A stretch of DNA of 36,005 bases, from IMG/VR virus record IMGVR_UViG_3300049058_000014, positions 1-36,005 of that record, one strand, 5' to 3'. This stretch comes from a virus (taxonomy: Duplodnaviria; Caudoviricetes). Both the position numbers and the translations under genes were made by a program. This document shows positions 1-6,372 of this stretch, piece after piece. Under the pieces are notes generated by a model. The model was not told where the DNA came from, did no database searches, and worked only from the letters and a program-made list of their open reading frames with translations. Positions within the stretch are counted from its first letter, which is position 1; the number at the start of each line of letters is the position of its first letter.

Positions 1-4
1 AAAT

Positions 5-328
5 ATGAAAACTGAAAAAGTACCTGTCTCTTATCGGGACAAGACCACAAACTCCAATGTCTCATTGGGAGAGATTGAGGTCCAAATTCCCGAGACCGTA
101 GAGGAGGCCACTGTGTTGTTTGGGGAGGGCGACAACGACAAGGGCGTTGAAGTTCTGCTCGACTACGCAACCAAAGCCTACGTGATCGAGAAGCAGCGGC
201 AGCATAGGGATGCGAACCGACCTGACAAACCAAAGTCGGCTTCCAACCTTAGTAAGTTTAAGCAGCTGTCTGCCGATAAGCAAGAGGAGTTACTCAAAGC
301 CGCAGGTTTACTGCAGGCCCAAGAGTAA
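5..328 (+). CDS. hypothetical phage protein
   Basis: 107-aa ORF, co-oriented with the early arm and followed by a hairpin; no recognisable motif. Confidence 0.7.
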   Translation: MKTEKVPVSYRDKTTNSNVSLGEIEVQIPETVEEATVLFGEGDNDKGVEVLLDYATKAYVIEKQRQHRDANRPDKPKSASNLSKFKQLSADKQEELLKAAGLLQAQE

Positions 329-362
329 TAGGTGTGAGATGTTAGTGCACTAGATGTGATCT

Positions 363-388
363 GGAGGGGCCCCTAAAAAGGCCCCTTC
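363..388 (+). terminator. GC-rich stem-loop, possible terminator or processing site
   Basis: GGAGGGGCC-CCTAAAAA-GGCCCCTTC inverted repeat in the intergenic gap; weak U-tract. Confidence 0.4.
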
Positions 389-428
389 AATTACTTCACA
401 ACTTTAATCGTTATTATTAGGAGCAGCA

Positions 429-614
429 ATGAGTCTTGTCAAAGACGGTCAGAAATCAGTGAGAGTAGTGCTACCTGCCGTTATGTATGAGAAGCTGAAA
501 CAAGAGTGTCCAGACCACGGCGATATGAGTAAACTCATTCGCAACCTCTTGCGGCGGCATCTCAAATCCCTCGAATCAGGCGACATAAACACCCAATTAG
601 ACGCTAGAGGTTAA
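429..614 (+). CDS. ribbon-helix-helix (CopG/Arc-like) DNA-binding protein
   Basis: SVRVVLPAVMYEKLKQEC...MSKLIRNLLRRHL fits the beta-alpha-alpha RHH pattern; AGGAG SD upstream. Confidence 0.7.
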   Translation: MSLVKDGQKSVRVVLPAVMYEKLKQECPDHGDMSKLIRNLLRRHLKSLESGDINTQLDARG

Positions 615-615
615 A

Positions 616-939
616 ATGGGCCTTGGACCTAAGGGATCATCCCTCCTGCATAAACTTGGCCAAAAGCCAGCCTACGAACTAACAGAAGGCGAGCTACTTC
701 AACTCGTATCTGCTGATCGTGAACGTAGGGTAACTCAACGCACGTTGGGTCGAGTTATGCGCCAAGCAGCCGATAAAAAGCCTAAAACGACTAAATCCGG
801 TAAGAAAACTGCACCTGCAGGACCAACGTCACTTGAATCTCTTGGGTTAGACCCTAATGTGATAGCCAAGCTCCGCGCTGATGGTAAGACCGATGCACAA
901 TTGATCTTGCTGCTCAGAAAGGCTGGATTAGTTAAATGA
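616..939 (+). CDS. hypothetical basic protein
   Basis: 107-aa K/R-rich ORF, tightly packed, ATGA overlap with the next gene. Confidence 0.7.
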   Translation: MGLGPKGSSLLHKLGQKPAYELTEGELLQLVSADRERRVTQRTLGRVMRQAADKKPKTTKSGKKTAPAGPTSLESLGLDPNVIAKLRADGKTDAQLILLLRKAGLVK

Positions 940-1130
940 CAGAATCAGATAGGCAGTTTGACTGTGCTGTATGTGATGAGCAGATAGTTATCCCTGATGA
1001 CGTGGAGGTCTCAGAATTCGCTAACTGGCTGGAAGAAGAAGGGTGGAGTCGTTGTGGTACTGAAGATGATGGGCAGTGGATGTGCGAGGAGTGTTGCGAT
1101 AGCAGTGAAGCCGGCGACGAGGGGGACTAA
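936..1130 (+). CDS. small acidic Zn-binding protein
   Basis: CAVC...CEECC motifs; ATGA coupling. Confidence 0.65.
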   Translation: MTESDRQFDCAVCDEQIVIPDDVEVSEFANWLEEEGWSRCGTEDDGQWMCEECCDSSEAGDEGD

Positions 1131-1135
1131 AGTCC

Positions 1136-2140
1136 ATGGACCTAACACAAGTACCCGAACTGGTAACTAACGCTGACATAGACATTAGTAAGGCGGTAAT
1201 TATAGATGCTCATCTATTGAAAACCTATAGAGCATGCCAGCAGAAGTTCAACCTGTTCGAGTTACTTCACATTGTTGGGCGTAGCCGTAAAGCAGCGCCT
1301 AGTTTCGGTATTGCTATGCATGAAGGGATTGAGCACTTCCGTAAAGCCAAGATGGCTGGCAAGAAGTACACTGAAGCATACAAGATCGGGGCTGAGGCGC
1401 TGCTTGCAGCCTACAAGAAGTTCATGCCTAAAGAGAGCATGATGGAGGTAATGCAGGATGATCGTCGCTCTCCAAAGAATGCCTTGCGGATCTTTACAGG
1501 TTATTGCGAGCACTACGAGCCGGTTGCCCTCAAGTTTTTGTACGTCGAGTCTCCCTTTGCCTTGTACCTCGGGCCAGTGGAGACTATCAATGGTCCTAAA
1601 GACGTTGTCTACGTGGGGATCATCGACGGAGTCTTTGACATGGGCGGTCAGATCTATGTTAACGATCTCAAGTCTACGGCTTGGACTATAAGTGAGCATT
1701 ACCTGGAAGGCTTTAAGATGGACCAGGGCCTCCTGGGCTACATGGTCGCAGCGCGTGAGTTACTAAATGTAGACACACATCAAGCCATAGTCCATGCAAT
1801 GTGGATTCAGGCCGAGGCCAAAGACCCTAAACGTGCTAAAAAACTGGATGAGTATTTCCATACCAAGGAGTTGTATTGGGAGGACTCGCAAATAACGGAG
1901 TGGCACCAAAATGTACTTAACACTGTTGCTGAGATTGAGATGCGTAAGGCAGACGGTAAGTGGATCATGGACTTCGGACAGAACTGCGGAGCTTTTGGCG
2001 GTTGTGACTATCGTGCTATTTGTAGCGCTCCTCCTGCCATACGCGCTCAACTAATCAAAATGGACTACGACTTCGGTATGTGGTCCCCTCTAGAAGATGA
2101 AAGGATGCAGAAATTAGATGCCTCAAGCGCAAGTATGTAA
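1136..2140 (+). CDS. PD-(D/E)xK nuclease (RecB/Cas4-like phage exonuclease)
   Basis: FGIAMHEGIE, VESPF, GIIDGV, VNDLKST, QGLLGY motifs; one N-terminal and three C-terminal Cys (C..GGCDYRAIC), as in Fe-S staple nucleases. Confidence 0.85.
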   Translation: MDLTQVPELVTNADIDISKAVIIDAHLLKTYRACQQKFNLFELLHIVGRSRKAAPSFGIAMHEGIEHFRKAKMAGKKYTEAYKIGAEALLAAYKKFMPKESMMEVMQDDRRSPKNALRIFTGYCEHYEPVALKFLYVESPFALYLGPVETINGPKDVVYVGIIDGVFDMGGQIYVNDLKSTAWTISEHYLEGFKMDQGLLGYMVAARELLNVDTHQAIVHAMWIQAEAKDPKRAKKLDEYFHTKELYWEDSQITEWHQNVLNTVAEIEMRKADGKWIMDFGQNCGAFGGCDYRAICSAPPAIRAQLIKMDYDFGMWSPLEDERMQKLDASSASM

Positions 2141-2324
2141 TCACCCTAATTTAATTAGTACGGCCTACCTCAAACTCATTAAGTGCACCACGTGTGGTAC
2201 TTCTTGGGCTCATAGTAAGGATGGCCATTCAGGAACAGTTTGGATCTTAAACGAGAAAGGAGGTGACAAGCGAAATGATGCTAATGTTTCATCGCAAGGT
2301 GCTCAAGGCCGACGACTCAGTTGA
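2118..2324 (+). CDS. small hypothetical protein, possible Zn-binding
   Basis: CNH...CTTC motif; fills the gap between nuclease and next gene. Confidence 0.4.
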   Translation: MPQAQVCNHPNLISTAYLKLIKCTTCGTSWAHSKDGHSGTVWILNEKGGDKRNDANVSSQGAQGRRLS

Positions 2325-2550
2325 AACAACTATTGAGTTGTTCCGAGATGGTGGGCGTGATGATGTAGGAACCGTAAGGTTCCCTGATAAGCATACCTGG
2401 ACGAAGTTCTGGGGTGCTATTCAGCGTGGATCTATCCATATCCAAGATCTAGAAGTACATATGGAGAACGTACCAGATGATAGTGAACCAAGCAACCAAG
2501 GTGAAAACCTTGGAGCAACTGGCAAAGGAGCATCAATTGAAACTAAGTGA
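2275..2550 (+). CDS. hypothetical protein
   Basis: Perfect SD AAGGAGGTGA at 2257-2266 points to ATG 2275 rather than GTG 2263. Confidence 0.65.
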   Translation: MMLMFHRKVLKADDSVETTIELFRDGGRDDVGTVRFPDKHTWTKFWGAIQRGSIHIQDLEVHMENVPDDSEPSNQGENLGATGKGASIETK

Positions 2551-3274
2551 AATGCTAGAAGCGGACCCAATCCGCGCCTTAGTTTACGGAGTAAGCGGGA
2601 CGGGGAAGACGACTTTGGCTGGTCTACTAGCGGCTCAGCCAGAGCTGCGTCCCGTTTACTTCTTCGACTGGGATATGCGCCTTGCAGGACTGCAAAGTAG
2701 GATTCCTAAGGAATTGTGGGAGTTCATTGAAGCTGATACCTACCGAGACAAGAATGTGCCTGGTGAGGCCTTCACACTGATGGAGGCAAAGATCGAGCGC
2801 CTCGAGTCGTCCGGTTTCCGGACAGCGGTAGTTGATTCAATGACCTTTGCAATGCAAGGGATTATGGCTCGAGTACTTTTTTTAGACGGCAACAAACTAC
2901 CAACTTCAACCCCTCAGCTGCAACACTACATGCAACAGCAGTCATTAGTAACCAGTCTAGTTAGCCGACTATGCGCTAAGAAGATGAACATTATCCTAAC
3001 AGCGCATGAGGACACGTCCAAGGACGAGATCACTGGCCGGCTGTTCAAGGCCATTGACCTAACTGGAAAGTTAGCCCAGCGCATACCTGGTTACTTCAAT
3101 GAGTTTTGGCATACGGAAGTAGTCCAGCAAACTGGTAAGGACCCTGAATTTAAGGTGCGGACGCGCAGCGATCAGGTGTATGCAGCTAGAACCAGTTACA
3201 AAGGCCTGCAAACATTGGAAGACCAGGGTAAAATCTGGGAAAAGATAATCAAGGAGAGAGGAGGAAACAAGTAA
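2477..3274 (+). CDS. AAA_24 / Sak4-like P-loop ATPase (recombination)
   Basis: Walker A YGVSGTGKTT, Walker B AVVDSMT, ILTAHE and GKLAQRIPGYFNE motifs. Confidence 0.85.
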   Translation: MIVNQATKVKTLEQLAKEHQLKLSEMLEADPIRALVYGVSGTGKTTLAGLLAAQPELRPVYFFDWDMRLAGLQSRIPKELWEFIEADTYRDKNVPGEAFTLMEAKIERLESSGFRTAVVDSMTFAMQGIMARVLFLDGNKLPTSTPQLQHYMQQQSLVTSLVSRLCAKKMNIILTAHEDTSKDEITGRLFKAIDLTGKLAQRIPGYFNEFWHTEVVQQTGKDPEFKVRTRSDQVYAARTSYKGLQTLEDQGKIWEKIIKERGGNK

Positions 3275-3600
3275 TGCTATCACGATTCTATGCAGAACAT
3301 TGGTTAGACGAGAACGCTAGGCCTCAGGGCGGTACAGCTTGGGGACCGGGATTTGCAATTAGTTGGCAGCATGGGCCCTTGGGGAAGATTGAATCTAAAG
3401 ACCGTAGGGAGCCTAATGGTGCCTTTGTTGAGACAGTCATTGCGGCTGTAGTCAATAGAATCAGCCACTACCAACAGTATTTTCCTTGCCAGGAGAACGC
3501 TGAGGCGTTGGACTATCTCAACCATGCACTAGAAGCACTAAACCGGAGAACACACCGCCGCATTAATGAGGGTGTCGAAGGTACGCACGAAGGCTCCTAA
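3274..3600 (+). CDS. tad1: Tad1-family anti-defence sponge protein
   Basis: ISWQHGP...NGAFVE...NRISHYQQYFPCQENAEAL...ALEALNRRTHRRINEGVEGT follows the Tad1 pattern (FQxG, RLxxFQ, ENAxA, RxxxR..V.G). Confidence 0.8.
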   Translation: MLSRFYAEHWLDENARPQGGTAWGPGFAISWQHGPLGKIESKDRREPNGAFVETVIAAVVNRISHYQQYFPCQENAEALDYLNHALEALNRRTHRRINEGVEGTHEGS

Positions 3601-3679
3601 AAAGGTTTAGCTTTTTTTTTCGCTCCGCTTACTAACTACGCCCTACCGGGTCTAACCCTGTTTCTAGGAGGAAACAATT

Positions 3680-4084
3680 ATGCCAACATTAGACATTAAC
3701 CTGGATGAGGTCAAAGAAAAGCCTCGTATGCCAGCAGACAAATACTTCACCTTCATGATTAAGCAAGCGACGGTGGAGATGGCTAAACAAGCCAACAAGA
3801 ATACTGGCAAGATCGAGCCGTATATCAAGGCCGTTCTGTCGCCACTTGAGGCCGATTGGAATAGCTATACAGTCTATCATAACTGGAGCCTCAGCCCTGG
3901 GGCCTTGGAGTCTCCTGAGCCAGCGTTCTCCATTCGGAAGTTCTTCTTGGTAGTTGGTCATGAGTGGGGTAGCGACGGTAAGTTCTCGACTGAGGACTTG
4001 ATGACCATTAAGTTCATCGGTACTGTCAAGTACAAGGAAGGCGATAGCAGGCCTAATTTGGATAAGGTGCTAAAGGCAGAGTAA
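3680..4084 (+). CDS. putative ssDNA-binding protein (DUF669/OB-fold-like)
   Basis: Beta-rich 134-aa protein downstream of the AAA_24 ATPase, the usual position; strong SD AGGAGG. Confidence 0.55.
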   Translation: MPTLDINLDEVKEKPRMPADKYFTFMIKQATVEMAKQANKNTGKIEPYIKAVLSPLEADWNSYTVYHNWSLSPGALESPEPAFSIRKFFLVVGHEWGSDGKFSTEDLMTIKFIGTVKYKEGDSRPNLDKVLKAE

Positions 4085-4096
4085 AGGCTAGATAAA

Positions 4097-4384
4097 ATGA
4101 GCGGTTATCCATTCTCCGACGGGCCAGAGTTCAACGGCTCTGACTATGAACCACAATTTGATAAGAAGCGCCTTTCAGGTCAGTTGCTCAGGGTCTACAC
4201 CCTCATGGCAGATGGCAAGTGGCGTACATTATCAGAGATAGCCGATTCCACAGGTGATCCTGCTGCGTCTGTATCGGCGCAGTTAAGGCACTTACGGAAG
4301 GCGCGCTTTGGTTCATATGAAGTGCAGAAGCGTTCTAGGTTCCGTCGGAGTGTTGGGCTCTTTGAGTATCGCTTAAAAATATAG
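4097..4384 (+). CDS. winged helix-turn-helix protein
   Basis: DGKWRTLSEIADSTGDPAASVSAQLRHLRK followed by a beta-wing ending FEYRL. Confidence 0.8.
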   Translation: MSGYPFSDGPEFNGSDYEPQFDKKRLSGQLLRVYTLMADGKWRTLSEIADSTGDPAASVSAQLRHLRKARFGSYEVQKRSRFRRSVGLFEYRLKI

Positions 4385-4389
4385 TCTTT

Positions 4390-4634
4390 ATTGCCTTGCC
4401 CTGGGATGACACTACCAGCCCGCCACTACACACGGCGTCGCTCCGGTAGATTACAGTTTAATCCTTAAGGGCAATGTAGCTGAGGGGTGCGGTTTCAGCG
4501 TTTACATAGGAACCTCTAAGTTCATTAGGAACTTTGATATCAAGGACGTGGTGTGTAGCGGATGCAGGTTGAAGTGCTTGTCGAAAGCGCTCCCTGATGA
4601 CGTGGGAAAGCCGTGGTTCCGTCCCCTTGGCTAC
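4390..4634 (+). ncRNA. candidate structured non-coding RNA or leader (two domains plus pseudoknot)
   Basis: About 300-nt gap with no ORF in the track and at least seven mutually compatible helices containing G-U pairs on the + strand, including 12-bp 4476-4487/4623-4634 and loop pairing 4426-4433/4551-4558. Confidence 0.6.
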
Positions 4635-4681
4635 TTCATTATTGTTGTTTTACTAAAAAATAGAAGGAGTGCGCAGCGCGC

Positions 4682-6067
4682 ATGAAAATTGCAATTAAGG
4701 ACATATTTATACCACCTGATAGACAACGTAAGTCTGTCAATGAAAGCAAGATTGCTGAACTGGCAGTAAGTATTCAGTCTCATGGATTGTTACATTCACT
4801 AACCGTGGCGCCACTTGACACTGTCCGCTTTCCGGACGCGCCAAGTCATTTACCCTACCAACTAGTAGCTGGCTATCGTCGTCTACTTGCGCACGCCTTC
4901 ATGAAAATCCCTGAGGTGGAGGCTAACTTCCGTGAGCAACTAACCGATTTAGAGCGTGAGGAGATTGAACTCGATGAGAACCTCGTACGTGAAGAACTCA
5001 GTTGGCAGGACTCCGTTGCCGCTAAAGCTCGCATTGCTCAGCTTCGCGGTAGGATTTATGGTGATGGTGTTAGAGAGGTGGCCGAGCACTTGGGGGAGGC
5101 AAAAAGTGTTACGGCTGACGACATCAAACTCGCGAAGGCTATGGAGATACTACCAGAACTCAAGGGCAGTAAGAACAAGCATCAGGCAATGAACAAACTC
5201 CGGATGATTGAGAATAGGGCTCGCTTGCATGATCTAAGCGAAATCCATTCTAAGATGGTCCGGGAGGTCAATACTGGTCGTGTAGGTGATGTGAGCACTA
5301 GAGTGCACTTAGGAGATGCCCTTGAGATTGTTACTAGATGGAACTCTGGCATTGCTGGCTGCGTGGTTACAGATCCGCCTTACGGCATTAATCTTGATGA
5401 AGGTGCGACGAAACGTGACTCCTACCATCCGACTATCTATCACGATGACACTTATGACATTATGGACCTCACTAGTCGTATTGCTACTGAAGCTTTTCGA
5501 CTACTAAAGGAGGACGCCCATGCCTACTTCTTCTTCGATATTAAGGCGTATGCCAAAGTCTACAAAATGCTCTCAGACGCCGGATTCAAAGTTGACCCAA
5601 TGCCACTCCTCTGGGTTAAGCCTGGGCCTGGTCAAGCTAATCACCCTGAGAGTCGATGGGCATCTGGGTACGAAGCCTGCTTTTTTTGCCGTAAGGGTAA
5701 CAGACAACTACTCAAGCAAGGACAATCAAACGTCCTTCCTCATGATCCGGTTCCACCTGGTAGAAAAATCCATCCAGTCGAGAAGCCCGTATCCCTACTA
5801 CGGCAACTTATCGAATCTTCAACAGTTCCTGGAGAAGTGGTTGTTGACTTCTTTGGCGGAAGTGGAAGCACTGGTGAGGCTGCAATTCAGACAGGCCGTA
5901 ATTTCCTTATATGTGAGAAAGATGCCGCCTATCATGCAGGGATCATCGAACGCCTCAACAAACTTATACAATCTCCTACTAGCGAGGGAGATAAGCCTGA
6001 TGGCAGTGGAGACGAGCCAGCTTCAAGGTTCGACCCCCTCGGAGGAGATGAAGCAGAGGGCGAATAG
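4682..6067 (+). CDS. ParB-like N-terminal domain fused to a beta-class N6-A/N4-C DNA methyltransferase
   Basis: ParB motifs LVAGYRRL and ENLVREEL; MTase TDPPYG precedes HPVEKP and DFFGGSGST. Confidence 0.9.
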   Translation: MKIAIKDIFIPPDRQRKSVNESKIAELAVSIQSHGLLHSLTVAPLDTVRFPDAPSHLPYQLVAGYRRLLAHAFMKIPEVEANFREQLTDLEREEIELDENLVREELSWQDSVAAKARIAQLRGRIYGDGVREVAEHLGEAKSVTADDIKLAKAMEILPELKGSKNKHQAMNKLRMIENRARLHDLSEIHSKMVREVNTGRVGDVSTRVHLGDALEIVTRWNSGIAGCVVTDPPYGINLDEGATKRDSYHPTIYHDDTYDIMDLTSRIATEAFRLLKEDAHAYFFFDIKAYAKVYKMLSDAGFKVDPMPLLWVKPGPGQANHPESRWASGYEACFFCRKGNRQLLKQGQSNVLPHDPVPPGRKIHPVEKPVSLLRQLIESSTVPGEVVVDFFGGSGSTGEAAIQTGRNFLICEKDAAYHAGIIERLNKLIQSPTSEGDKPDGSGDEPASRFDPLGGDEAEGE

Positions 6068-6090
6068 TAAACTAGAGGATGTACTAAGAA

Positions 6091-6372
6091 ATGTATCTAT
6101 CAAAAGTAGACAAGGAAAGGCTAGACCCACTCCTGGAGAAGGTGATCTTAGTGACACCCCAGGAGCTGGGGTACGGCTACATTAAACTAACCCTTAATCA
6201 CCTGGACCTCGTGAGTGGTAAACTCTCAGATTCTCAGCTGTCCAATATAGTTGGAGTCATGGAGCGGGCTAAAAGTGAGTTTATTGAGCGTGTAGTTAGA
6301 GTCAATGATCTGCATGTTAGACGAGTTACAGCAGACTCATTCCATGACTTCATCCGAAGGCGGAATATCTAG
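6091..6372 (+). CDS. hypothetical helical protein (resembles DUF6899-type phage proteins)
   Basis: NIVGVMERAKSEFIERVV motif; abuts the polymerase start. Confidence 0.6.
   Translation: MYLSKVDKERLDPLLEKVILVTPQELGYGYIKLTLNHLDLVSGKLSDSQLSNIVGVMERAKSEFIERVVRVNDLHVRRVTADSFHDFIRRRNI

Noticed and set aside
1136-2140. CRISPR-Cas locus suggested by the Cas4-like nuclease
   Set aside because: No repeat-spacer array or other cas genes in the window; the context is phage recombination.
3606-3625. Intrinsic terminator at the T9 run
   Set aside because: No convincing GC stem immediately precedes the T tract.
4571-4612. Hammerhead ribozyme (CTGATGA at 4594-4600 with nearby GAAA)
   Set aside because: Stems I-III cannot be built with the right spacing around CUGAUGA, GAAA and UH, and the segment fits better inside the long stem of the larger structure.
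4376-4680. Group I or II intron (AAAATATAGTCT resembles the S element; GTGCG resembles a group II 5' end)
   Set aside because: No matching R/P7 partner, no domain V, and the flanking genes are intact rather than interrupted.
5520-6185. 221-aa overlapping ORF inside the MTase
   Set aside because: Alternate frame of a well-supported gene, with no motif.
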